DNA of 38,078 nt, taken from assembly GCA_000388065.2 (NCBI GenBank), contig KB932206.1. One strand, given 5' to 3'. The translations under genes and the position numbers were made by a program. Within the stretch, counting starts at the first letter, position 1. Each line of letters begins with the position of its first letter. Positions 11,285 to 23,300 of the stretch are shown piece after piece. The notes below the pieces were generated by a model. It saw nothing but the letters and a program-made list of their open reading frames with translations, made no database searches and was not told where the DNA came from. Source of the stretch: Fonticula alba ATCC 38817. Taxonomy: Eukaryota > Protista > Nucleariida.

Positions 11285-13648
11285 TCAGCGCTGGGCCGGC
11301 TTCAAGGTCAACAGCGAGGTCGAGCGCCGGCAAATGGGGCAGACGACGCCGTGCGCCGTGCGCAGGTACGTCAGCCAGCAGTTGTAGCAGCCGGCATGCT
11401 CGCATCCGGCCACGAAGGGCGGGCTCCCGGTGACGAGAGCCCCGGCACGCGGGCGCACCAGCGCCTTCCGGCAGAAGAGACACGACGAGCAGCCGGGCGA
11501 GCCACTCGCCCCGGGGCCGCCGCCGCCGGCAAACAGCAGATCCGACAGGCTGGCCACCCCGGCCGGGGCGCTGGCTGCCTGGCGCCGGGTGCCGGCCGCG
11601 CGCGCCTGCGCCACGATCGCCGCAGACGCACGGGCCGACGGGGCAGCCACGTCCACGCCCCGAGGCAGGCCTCGAGTCGGGCCCGGGCCCGGGGCCGGGG
11701 CCGGGGCCGGGATCGGACCCGGCACCGGGACCGGGGCCAAAGGCGGGGGCTGCCTCCGGCTTGCGGCCGGCCCGGCCGGAGCAGCCTCGGAGCCTGACCG
11801 CTGCTGCCCCGGGGCCACCGGCATCGACGAAGACAGCGCCTGGATGGAGGCCGTGCGCTGGCCAACATCCGGCACCAGGGGCACATTGGCGGCGGTCACC
11901 TTGCCAGGCAGCCCGGCAGCCCGGAAGAATGCACAGTCGGGCTGGTCGCCGAGAAACTCCAGGCACGATTCATTGTCTGACCGGCGGCCCATCCCGATGG
12001 GCGAGCGGGCGTGCAGCGAGGAGGGGGGGGGGGCGCGGGGCGCGGGGGAGATGGCGATCGAATGTCAGTCACGGCCAGGTGCGGGCCACGGCCCAAATGC
12101 CAGCCAGATGAAGGTGTGCCCGGTGCTGGCCACGCACAGCCGGCCGCAAACTCCCCAGGCACGAAGGACCGAAAGCCGCGGAGGACGCCGATCTGATCAG
12201 ACCGACTGAGACCACGCGAGATGAGCACAAACAGCCGCGCATACAAATCGTTCCCCGGGCCGAAGAAGGCCCGCCTGGCGGCGGCCTGCTGCTCCCGGCC
12301 CCGGGCCCCGGAGCACCCGTCCCGAATTTGCACCAGCAGCCGCACAAACGGCCGCAGCGTCTCGGCCGGCATCACCTGGCGCAGGTAATTCAGGTAGGAA
12401 GAGGGCGCACCGCCCGAGGCGGCAGTGGCACCGGGCGTGGGCTTGCCGGCCCCGCCGGCCATGGACTCCTCGCCCGATGCCAGGACCGTGGCCCCGGTGG
12501 CCAGTCGCCGCAAGGTGGCATCCGAGTGGTGCAGGGTGTCCGACCGGACCGCCGCCAGGCGCTGGCTCGTCTCCAGCGTGGCACTGTGCTCGGCCTCGGC
12601 CCACCGATCGGCCGTAGCGCCCCCCTTGTCCAATTCCCCATCGGACGGGTGCTCCTCATCCGGCTTCAGTGTCAAGGTCGGCCGGGGCCCGGTCCGCCAG
12701 CGTTCCCTCAAGGCGGCCCGGCTGGCGGGCTCCAGCGCGGCCCCGGCCGCGGGCTGCGTCGGCGTGGACTCATGGTCGGAGGCCTCCTCCGCGGCAGCCA
12801 CGGCGGCGGGGGCGGCGAGGTCACCCGCCGCCCCATCGGCCGGGCCGGTGGCCGAGCCAGGCACGCCACCCGCATTGAGGCCCATCGAATGCGCGGCGGC
12901 CACACGCTCGGGCGCCTCCTGGAAGAAGCCCGCCAGCCCGGCCAAAAGATGCTCAAAGTCCCACTCGGTGGAGAGACTCTGCCGAAACCAAATCGGCAAG
13001 CCGGACGCATGCGTCGGCCGGGAAAACCGCTCGTCCAGCAGGAAGACCGCCGAATAGTCGAACCGGTGCCGGATAGACCGGCCCAAGGCCTGGTTCACCG
13101 CCCGCATGGCCGACTGGTGGTACCACTCGGTTCCCGACAGGGTGGCCTCGGCCCCGGTGGTCCCCGGGGCCCGGCGCGCCGACTCGTCCAGGATCTCGCG
13201 CTTCAGCTTCACCCGCGGGTCGAGGTACGGCGCGAAGGGCAGCCCGGTGATGATCACCCCCCGGGAGAGGGAGTCCGCGAAGTCCACACCTTCGCTGGCC
13301 TTTCCGCGGCACACGGCAAAGAGCGCGCCCCCGGTCTGCCGGCCGGACAGCAGGGGCAGGGCGCCTTTGTCGCCCTCGACCGGGCGCCGCCGTGGCCGGC
13401 CGCCGCGCCGCTGCTCCACCGCCTCGTTCACCGACTGGTGGTAGTCATTGATGGCCTGCTCGAAGTCCTTCTTGCTCGAGCGCGGCTCCACCTGGATGAG
13501 CTTATGCCGGGACATCATCCCGAAGAGCGACTCGCCCGAGGCACCCGGTCGCCGCCAAAAGGCCAATGCCGATGCCATGACCGAGTACGTGGGGAAGAAG
13601 ACCAGCACGCCGTCCGGGATGACAGCCATGAGTCGGACTGGTCGGGGG

Positions 13649-13687
<39 letters not shown>

Positions 13688-16599
13688 GAGACGCGGAGGA
13701 GGGGAAACGGCAAACACATCGAGGAGCAGGCGGGAAACGACACAGTTCGGCACGGAGCAGGAAGCCATGATCTGCAAGGCAGGCAAGTGGACGTACCCAG
13801 CGTCAGACCAAGCTCCGACAGGTACTCCGACGAGCCGCGCCGCTCGAAGGACGAGTTGAGGACCACCCTGTTGGGACCGCGCGGGATGACCCGCGCGTAC
13901 AGCTGGCTGGCCGGATCGATGACATGGCCATTCTCCAGCGTGAACTCGAAGGGCCTGGCGATTGCACCATGTCAGGAGGATGGCAGCACCATTGCCGAGG
14001 ACCATGCCAGGGGGAGGAGGAGGGGGGGGGGTGCCCAAGTAAAAAAGGGCTTGTATACGTACGTCCGCAAATCGATGGCAAAGGACTTCAATGGAGACAA
14101 GGTGCCACTTGTGATGATGAAAGACCGCACCCCCTGGGCAGCCATCTCCTGCATCATGAGCCCCGGGTTGAAGCTCCAGAAGCCGATCTTGCGCGCTGCG
14201 AGCCAGGCCCATGTCAGTCAGCGGGGGGGGGGGGGGGCGGTGGCCGGAGGGTGGCCGGCAAGTGGCGGGAAGAGGGGGAAAAAAAAAGGGCAACACGAGG
14301 AAGACAACCAAAGTAAGGGGGGGGGGGGGGGGCGAAACACATACCGGCCGTCCCGCGCATGGAAAAGTTGCCGCCCGAGCCCGGGCCCGAGCCGCTCGGG
14401 CGCTCCTCCTGGATGACGAACTTGAAGAACTCGCGTGCGGCCTGCAGTCGGGCCACCTTGATGGCCTCCAATTGGCGCTTGGCTGGTGGGCCGCCACCTC
14501 CGGAGGTCAGCGACAGGGCCAGGTCCTCGATGGTGGACAGCGGCGAGCTGGCCCCCTCCTCGGTGTCAAACAGTCGCCGAAGGAAGGCCCGCACGGCCAC
14601 CATGTGAATGGTGGACGAGGGAAGCCGCCGGCGCTCGGCATCGGCAGCCAAAATCTCCACAATCCCCTCGATGAAGGGGTGAAGCAGGGCAAAGCTGTCA
14701 AAGTCCACCCGACACTCGCCGAGCAGCGAATAGATGGCATCACCGGGCTGAATGGCCAGCCCCTCCGGGGAAAGAGGCAGCGCGTAGATCGCCCGCTCGA
14801 TCTCCAACAGCAGAGCCTTGATCACAAGCACCGACGAGTCCGTGAGCATGACCTTTCCGCCGGAGCCCTGCCCGACATCAAGCTGGTCGTCATCCTGCCC
14901 CGTGGGCTTGGGGCCGAGCGACGTGGCATGTGCATCGCCCTTGGCCGCCGGCGCGGAATACCCGCCCTGGTACATGGAGAGCAGTGGCCGGACCCGGTCC
15001 AGCTCGGCCACCGCGCCCGAAATGGCCAGACCATCCAAGTCCATGGAGGCCGCATCCGACAGGAAGCCCTCCTGCATCGGGGAGTCAGTATAATGGTGGG
15101 CAAAGCCCCGCCAGGCCCAGGCCGATGGGGGGGGGGGGGGGAGGGGGGGAGGGGGCGCATATAGGACAAGGGGAGGGAGAACGCACCAGGTTGTGGCCCT
15201 CATCAAAGATGACAATCGAGTTTTGGAGGTTGATGCGCTGGGATCGCCGGACGGCCGGGTCCACCAGGTAGTTGTACGGCAGGAGAATGACATCCGACTC
15301 GTCCAAAGCCACGCGCGAAAGGAAAAACGGACAGACTCTGCAGCCGCCGCGGGCAGAGAGTCAGCACATGTACGGCGTGGCNNNNNNNNNNCCCCCCCGC
15401 CCCGCCTCCAATGCGCCCACTTACCAGGAGGCTAGGCAAATGACAGGGAACACCCCGACGCACTGCTTTTCTCGGCCAAACCCAAGCATATCCTCGATGT
15501 CGCGTGTGCCTTGCATGTAAGTGGCCATTTCCTGCTCCATGACTGGGTATGCGCGGCGCAGCCGGTGGTTTGGAAGGGAGGGAGAGAGAGAATGCATGTG
15601 CGTGCGTGCGTGCGCGTTAGATGGGCAGCGGCCAAGACGCCAGAGCATGACACCCAACATACCGTCTTGCCGGTTGAAGTATTCGCATGTTCGCTCGCGG
15701 ATGCGGCGGTTGCAGGCCAAGTCCCGGGCGGTTGCCGAGGTGAGCTGCACCACCGAGTGATTGATGCACAGGTGCTCGCGCGAGGCAATGATCCCCGACC
15801 GAACGCTGCCCGCCGGGGAGAGGAGTGCCAAAGGCATCCGCAGTGGGACACCGCGTGGTGGTGAGCCAGGGGGCACGGAGGGGGGATGCGCACATCGAAG
15901 AGGGTCAGCAAGCTACGGGCACCAGCAAGGGGGCCAGGCGGTCCCGGCGTGCGTCCCTCCCCCGGGGAAAGGAAAAGGCGCACGTGAAGGATGTCCGCTT
16001 CAGCTCATTCATCACCTGGGCCAACTGCGAGTGCGTGCGCGAGGAGTAAAACACGCGCGGGATATTGCGCATCAGCGCGGACTGCGCAGCTGTCGATTCT
16101 GTGAGAGCAGACACCCACAGCCCCCGCCCCCCCCAGTCCCGGCCATCATTCGCGAGTGGTTATGGTTAGCGACTAGACGGCACCAGATGAGCAGGGCCGA
16201 CAGGGGAGGAGCCCGGAGAGAGGGGGAAGATTACACACCTAGCGTGGAGGTGGCCTCATTTCGTGTGGCCGCTCGGCCGATCATCCACCGACGCCAGGAC
16301 AGGACCGCGCACAGCAGGCACAGGGTCTTACCCGTGCCGGTGGGGCTCTCCAGCAGGGCATTCCCACCGGCTTTCAATGCGCGAATGACCATGGCCATGT
16401 ATGCCAGCTGGCAGTCGTACGCCTGGTACGGAAAAAGAACCTCCACCCCCTCCAGCTGATACTGAAAGGATTTGGCCGGAGAGGCGGCCGCCGTGGGTGA
16501 AGCACCGGACACGGCGGCCGTGGCCCCCGGGGTGGGCCGGTCCGCCAGCAGGTCGGCCAGATCGCACTCCGGCGCGGAGGCGCCCCCGTCGGGCCACAT
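11285..16599 (-). CDS. RTEL1: RTEL1 XPD-family Fe-S DNA helicase with a C-terminal harmonin-homology-like region and RING finger
   Basis: Motifs [23 protein letters not shown], four Fe-S Cys (HLCIN, LACN, TCEYF, VCPFF), [43 protein letters not shown] and [16 protein letters not shown]. Ten exons. The last intron (~12137-11980) joins ..FAAGY|NESCLEF to the RING exon. An alternative start lies at 16656. Confidence 0.93.
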
Positions 16600-16656
16600 G
16601 GCAGCCGCCACCTTGCGCGGGGGAGCCCCGGCACCACGGCGAGTCGCCGATTGCAT

Positions 16657-17341
16657 GGTAACAGGAGGGAGGAGAGAGAGAGGGAGAAAGGAAAAAAAGG
16701 CACAGATGCACCGTCAGCAGGTGGGCGGGAGATACGCAAGCAAAGGGTCATATCCCAGATCGGTAGCCACCGGAGGGACGCCCGTGTCTCCCTTTTCAGG
16801 CAGATGGCCGTGGCGGCGGTGGTAGAGCCTCACACGCTTCCCAGGCCAGAGCGGCAGGATCACCGCGATCGGTCACTCGCCGGAGAGCCCCCTGGCCCCA
16901 GATGCCGGGGGCCGCGCCGTGCCGCGCTCGGGCGCCACGGGCGATTTCAAATAGAGGCCATGCGTGGGCACCCCATAACCGAACGTCTCGTGATCCGGCA
17001 CACACATGCGCCTCGCGCCCTCCCGCCAGCGCGGCGGCCTCCCCCGTTCCGAGCGTGTGTGCATGTGCGCGAGCAGCCCCCGAGGGGGCCGTGTCCTGGC
17101 TTACCGTCTCGCGCACATCCCTCACAGGCCCCTTTTCCTCTCGACCGTGGCGCGAAGCCCGCCCGCCGTGCCGGCGGCCGCGGGCGTCGCCAGGATTGCC
17201 GCATTTCTTTTCGGCGGCCTGCCCTGCCGGAGCCGCCTGCCGGTCCCAGCCAGCCAGCTCCTTTCCCCTTCCTGCCCTCCCTACTCTCCCCCCTCCTGCC
17301 CTGGTCCTTCTTCTCCGCCTCCCCCTCTGTGCGCTTTCCGT
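16657..17341. promoter_or_regulatory. Probable divergent promoter region between RTEL1 (-) and uL23m (+)
   Basis: Head-to-head gene orientation only. No specific promoter element was identified. Confidence 0.4.
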
Positions 17342-17818
17342 NNNNNNNNNNNNNNNNNNNNNNNNNNNNNNNNNNNNNNNNNNNNNNNNNNNNNNNNNNN
17401 NNNNNNNNNNNNNNNNNNNNNNNNNNNNNNNNNNNNNNNNNNNNNNNNNNNNNNNNNNNNNNNNNNNNNNNNNNNNNNNNNNNNNNNNNNNNNNNNNNNN
17501 NNNNNNNNNNNNNNNNNNNNNNNNNNNNNNNNNNNNNNNNNNNNNNNNNNNNNNNNNNNNNNNNNNNNNNNNNNNNNNNNNNNNNNNNNNNNNNNNNNNN
17601 NNNNNNNNNNNNNNNNNNNNNNNNNNNNNNNNNNNNNNNNNNNNNNNNNNNNNNNNNNNNNNNNNNNNNNNNNNNNNNNNNNNNNNNNNNNNNNNNNNNN
17701 NNNNNNNNNNNNNNNNNNNNNNNNNNNNNNNNNNNNNNNNNNNNNNNNNNNNNNNNNNNNNNNNNNNNNNNNNNNNCCCCCCCTCTGCTCCCCCCTTCTT
17801 CCCCCTCCCCTCGGCCAG

Positions 17819-18068
17819 CTACCTCGAGGGTGTCTACAACCCGATCAAGGTCCTCAACGTCCGGACCATGCTCTACTACCCGGACTCCAAGATGAACGCC
17901 GAGCAGAAGCGCGTCCCCCGGGCCCGTTTCAAGAAGGCCATCGTCCTCGTGGACAACCCCTTCCCCTTCCCTCTGGAGATGGCCAGCTACCAGAAGTCCA
18001 TGCTCTCCGAGGAGATTGATCGGCTGTACCGGTCCCGCCTCAGCAACGATGGCTCGGAGAAGAAGTAA
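17819..18068 (+). CDS. Mitochondrial ribosomal protein uL23m (MRPL23/Mrp20-like), last exon only
   Basis: YLEGVYNPIKVLNVRTMLY..RFKKAIVLVDNPFPFP matches the C-terminal half of L23. A polypyrimidine tract and AG precede it at 17817-17818. The 5' exons are presumably in the 17342-17776 gap. Confidence 0.75.
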
Positions 18069-19271
18069 AATCCCCCTCCCTCCCTACCCCCTTGCACGCG
18101 ACCCCCCGTCGCTCGGCTGCTTCCTTCACCCCTCCCTTCGCCATGCGCCACCACACGCACAGGCACACAGGCGCACGCGCACACGCACACAGTCCTTGCC
18201 GCCCCTCAGCCCCCCCCTCTCTCCCTCCCCCTCCCCGCGTGTCTGCGTGCGCATGTGCCCGGCCACACCCTTCACATAGACCGGTCGTTCTCCCCTCCCC
18301 CTCCCCCCTTCCCCCTCCCGCCTCCCCCTCCCTGTGGCGGCCTGTGTACACGCGCGCAAGCGCGCACACTCTTTTGTCCTCCTTGTGCTGGCACCGCTCT
18401 TCTCTCTCTCCCCCCCCCTCTCCCTCGGATCCCTATTCCCCCAATACCCAAAACCATCATTTTACCCGCCCCCCTCCCTCCTCTCCGTTATCCGAGTGTC
18501 AAGGTGTGTGTACATCTCACGTTGGGCGTTGCGACAAGGGGCGGAGGGAAAGGCCACACGACAGAGGTCCTCCATCCTCAGCACGGACTTGTTGCCGGCG
18601 CACGACAGCACAGGCGTCCAGCGATCGGGGTGGGTACCGACCAGGAGACGGGGGGCGGAGGGGAGGGGAACTCCCCGCAGGGTCTTCTCCCCACAGGGTC
18701 TTCTCCGGAGCCGGCGGCTTTCGGTCGCTTGGCCAGGCGGACTCTCATCCGCTCGGTCCTTTGCCCCCCCCCCCCCCCCCAGATGACGGTGATGGCGGGG
18801 AAGACAGGGCCAAGATCCAGTGGGGGGCTGTGTCGGGCCATTTCCCCGGCCCAGGACGCCATTCTCTCATCAGCCGATCGCCGTCCGGCCCACATGATGT
18901 GTACTTCGACATTCTCGAGGCACATGACCACGACCATCCCGATCACTGCGTCATTCGTCGGCACTTGCTGCGTCGCGCCGAATGGCCGGCCAACGCGTGT
19001 TGCCGCGCGATCATCGGCAAAGATCTGGCGGCCCTTTTTCTGGCAAGGGCGCCCCCCTCCCTGGCGGGGCCCCTTCTCCCGGACAGACCCCTTTCCCCTC
19101 TCTCTCTCTCTCTCCCTCTCCCCCATATCCCGGTTTTTTTCGTTGTCTCTCACTGGGTGCTTGCCTCGCTGGCTCTCCGGTTGTCGCCCCCCCCCGCCCC
19201 TTTCCTGCCCCCCCTCGCCTCTCGCGCCTTTGTCGGCTCTCCCCCTCCCGCTCCGCCCGCTTTACATCAAC

Positions 19272-19965
19272 ATGTCACAGCTCCTGGCCGGGCTGCGGTC
19301 AATGCGCTCCGCGTCGGCCGCGTCCCAGCCCCTGCGCATGCTCTACGACTTCAGCCGTTTCAATGGCCACCCGCAGGAGGATTATCGCCGGCATCCGGCC
19401 GGCCGGGTGAAGGATGACTTTTGGGCACCCCCGGCCGAGGAGCTGGACAGCCTGCTGTCCAAGGATGTGGGGCCTGTTTTGAGTGATCCCACGGCCCGGC
19501 CGTCTGGCCTGCTGTCCATCGTGTCGGCCGAGCGGCCGACCATCACCTGCCCCCACTACCAGGAGTCGGTTCGCCTGTCGAGCGAGATCCCGATGGCCAA
19601 GAAGCAGCAGGCCATCCCGGCGTCGGCTTTCTCCCTGACCTGCCCGGCGATCCTCGACTGGCAGGTGGGCGCCGACAGCGACTATGGCGGCTATTCGTAT
19701 GCCCTGATGGAGCAGCACCAGCACTTCGGTATGGCATCCCGTGGCCTTCTGCCGGGCCTCCTTTCTTCCGCATGCCCGAACGTTTGCCCTTCTAACATGG
19801 CGCGCATGGGGGCATGTGCACAGCCCGCTTTCGAGGCTACGTCTCCTATCTGACCCCACGGGGGAAAGACCAGTCCGGCTATGCCTATGCCCGGTCGCTT
19901 GTGCGTCGCCTCTCCCCGCCTTCCTCCGCCGGCGGCCGGTCTATTTGTGCTTTCCCTCCTCCCCT

Positions 19966-19997
<32 letters not shown>

Positions 19998-22412
19998 CCC
20001 TCCGTCACGCCATATCTGCGTCTCATTTTGTCCTGCATGCCAAATTGACACCATTCACATAGGTTCGCAACAGTGGCCCGTTGCGTAATCGGGATACCTC
20101 GTTGGCCGGCTTCGACGCTGTGGACGTCTGCGTCCGCGGTGACGGGCGCATGTACAACCTTTCGCTGTCAGCCTCATCCGAGGGTGCCATCGGGGAGCTC
20201 TTCCAGAATGTCATCTACACCAGCGATCCCCATTCGGAGCTAGAGCGCCACCCGGCATCCAGTGACAGTGATAGTGATGACGATCCGCTTGGACCCTTCC
20301 GTGTGGTGTCGGTGCGTGACTTTCAAGTGGATTATTCTCTGCCCCTGTCGGCTGCTGACCCTTTTACTCTGTTTCCATGCTCCTCCCCCCCTCTCTCCCT
20401 CCCTTTCTCTCCCTCCCTTTCTCTCCACCTCTTTCTCCCCACCTCTTTCTCCCCACCTCTTTCTCCCCACCTCTTTCTCCCCACCTCTTTCTCTCCNNNN
20501 NNNNNNNNNNNNNNNNNNNNNNNNNNNNNNNNNNNNNNNNNNNNNNNNNNNNNNNNNNNNNNNNNNNNNNNNNNNNNNNNNNNNNNNNNNNNNNNNNNNN
20601 NNNNNNNNNNNNNNNNNNNNNNNNNNNNNNNNNNNNNNCCCCATCGATGACTTCATCCTCACCACTTATGGGAATGTGTCTCCCACTCAGCCGCCGATCG
20701 CGCGCGCGAGTGTCTCTTCCTTCGGTTTGTCCCCTGCCGATCGCGTGGACGGGCCATTCCGCCTCGACATCAAGTGGATTCGGGCCCGGCGGTGGACACC
20801 GGCCGAGCGGGACGCCTACACCAAGCGCCTGGAGATGGATATGCGCGCCGGGATGCATGGGTACCGGTTCCCCTCCCGCGGGTCCGGTCCCTCGCCCCGG
20901 GGGAACTGGGGCGGATGGTCCTTTGTGCCGGGCCAGCCTGATCCGATTTTCGCTCGGGCCGACCAGTCGCCAACTCCGGCACCGGCTGTCCGGGCGCAGG
21001 AGAGCGCCGCCGATCGAGCCGCCGCCGCCACGCATGCGGCGTCCGTCGCCGCCGGCCTGGCCTCTGACTCCGAGGATGAGCCCATGCGGCGATCCGCCCA
21101 GCCGGAGGACGCCGGCGCCGGCGCCGCCAGCACCATCAATCCAGCGTCATCCGTCGAGCCGGACCCCTCCCAGTCCAACAACACCCGGTCCTTCTCGCGC
21201 CTGGTGCAAGAGGCACAAGCGCGGAATATGGACCTCGACGAGATGGGCGCCGTGGGGTTCAATGAACGCAGCAGCGAGGAATTCCTCCAGCGCCAGCATG
21301 CTCGCTGGTTGGAGTTCCTCGAGCACCAGGAGCTGTATGTGCCGTCGCCGCATGATTTGCGCGAGTACGACGCCGGTCGAGGGGACATCCTGGACCCGGA
21401 CAACCAGTATGAGCTCGGCCCGGAGGTTGAGGGCCGCCAAGCCCGGCGCACGGACCACCTGGCGTCCGAGGAGCAGTGGGACGGGACCGTCGGGTCGGCG
21501 CACGTCGATTCATATGCCCAAACGATGGAGGGATTCTCGCCGGCGGCCTTCGCCGAGCGGTACGCCACAGCAACCGGCCCCGATCCCAAGGGCGCCGCAG
21601 GCTCCCAGGCCGGGCAAGCCCATGGCTCCGGCACACATGACCCCGCCAGCGGGCCCAGCAGCGGCGGCAGCGGCAGCAGCGACGGCCCCCGCGCCGCCAC
21701 TGCCCATGGCCAGGGCAGCCCCTTGGAGGCATTCAATCGACCGGATTTCGTGCACTTCGATGATGACTACACCTCTCGGGGGTTCTCCTCGGATGCCCCG
21801 GGGTTCGACCAGGCCAGCGTTCGGCCGGAGGACATCCTCTCCTCGCAGCACCCGCACTTTGACACGCTCCCCCTGCGCCGGCAGTATGAGATCCTCCTGC
21901 GGGAGAGCCGTCGGGCCGAGGTGAATTACGACTATTCGCACCGGCACTGGCGGGACTCGCTGAGCTCCTTCGACTGGATCACGCACCAGGCGCCGGGCGG
22001 CGCCAATGACCCGGCCGCCAAGGCTGATGGCGCCGGCGAGGCGGTCGAGCGGTCGTATCGGCCGCGGCCCAAGGCCCGCTTCGCCTCCGGGCCCGTGAAC
22101 ATGGACGACCTGGACCTGACGGAGCGTGTCCGGCATCTGAAGCGCAAGTCCATCCTGCACCAGGTGGACCAGCAGAGCATGGACATTCGCAATGACGTGG
22201 CGGACATTCGCAAGGCCGAAATGACCGCCCGACTGGCGAACTCGCGCAAGCGCAGCCCGCTGCCCTTCCTGGTGAACGATTGGTACCGGAAGATCTTTGG
22301 CAAGTTCCTGATCCCGGACTCGGAGCTCCTGTATGAGCAGGACGCCGCCGAGGAGGCGGCACGCAAGCAGAAGAAGCAGGCTGAGAAGCCGACCAGCAAG
22401 CCGTGGCCGTGA
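19272..22412 (+). CDS. CIA30/NDUFAF1 complex I assembly factor domain protein with a long C-terminal extension
   Basis: Presequence-like N-terminus (MSQLLAGLRSMRSASAA). Motifs WQVGADSDYGGYS, ARFRGYVS, SGYAYARS, VRGDGRMY, PIDDFILTTYG and DRVDGPFRLDIKWIRA. Exons 19272-19728, 19824-19900, 20063-20311 and ~20639-22412. Confidence 0.88.
20427..20496. repeat. Intronic 14-bp minisatellite (ACCTCTTTCTCCCC) x5, running into a gap
   Basis: Four exact copies plus one variant, directly visible. Confidence 0.9.
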
Positions 22413-22803
22413 GATGTTGCCGGGTCCCTGCCGTCTGTGTCTCCTCCCGGGCCCCCCCTCTGGCGCTTCGCCCGTCCGAGGTGCCCCCTTTTCTGCCCGA
22501 AAGGGAGGTGCCACCGTCCCGGAAGGGGCTGAAAGATGGCACCTCCCGTAGAATAGACCCATGTGCATACGTATGCCATCCACGCGGCCACCCGCCGCCA
22601 CGCTGTCACACAGCCGCATTCCCCGCACGAATGCGTGCATTTTGTATGGACACTTCATTGATGTGAGATGTGAGATGTGTGTGTGTGTGTGGGGGGGGGG
22701 GGGCACACATGGAAGCAAGATATATAGGGGTGTATTTGAAGGACTGGCCTGCCGGCCAGCGGAGGATCTAGGTGGGGCCGAGCAAAGGAGCAGGCCAGCG
22801 CCT

Positions 22804-23262
22804 CTACTCGAAGGAAGTGAAACCGTCCATCCCCTCGGGGTATTGGCTCAGGAGGGGAGCGGTCTCGCCGGTCTCATGGGAGGCCGGGGCCGGGGCCGAG
22901 TCCGGCCACAGCTGCATGGCCACATCCCGGCGGAGATTCTTCAGTTGCTTCTTCAGCTCATCATCGCGATTGACGTAGTAAATCAGCACGTAGGTGGCAA
23001 TGCCGATCACCACCAGCAGCACCACCAGCAGCATGATGCCGATGAAAGCCGCGCAGCTGACAATCCCCACGCGACAGTCTGGGCGATGCACGCGCCGGTT
23101 ACGGGGTCGGGTCAGTTGCGGGAGTCCAACAAAAAGCCGGNNNNNNNNNNNNNNNNNNNNNNNNNNNNNNNNNNNNNNNNNNNNNNNNNNNNNNNNNNNN
23201 NNNNNNNNNNNNNNNNNNNNNNNNNNNNNNNNNNNNNNNNNNNNNNNNNNNNNNNNNNNNNN

Positions 23263-23300
<38 letters not shown>

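Noticed and set aside
11285-11992. Stand-alone RING-finger gene
   Set aside because: It splices in frame onto RTEL1 and matches the RTEL1 RING pattern.
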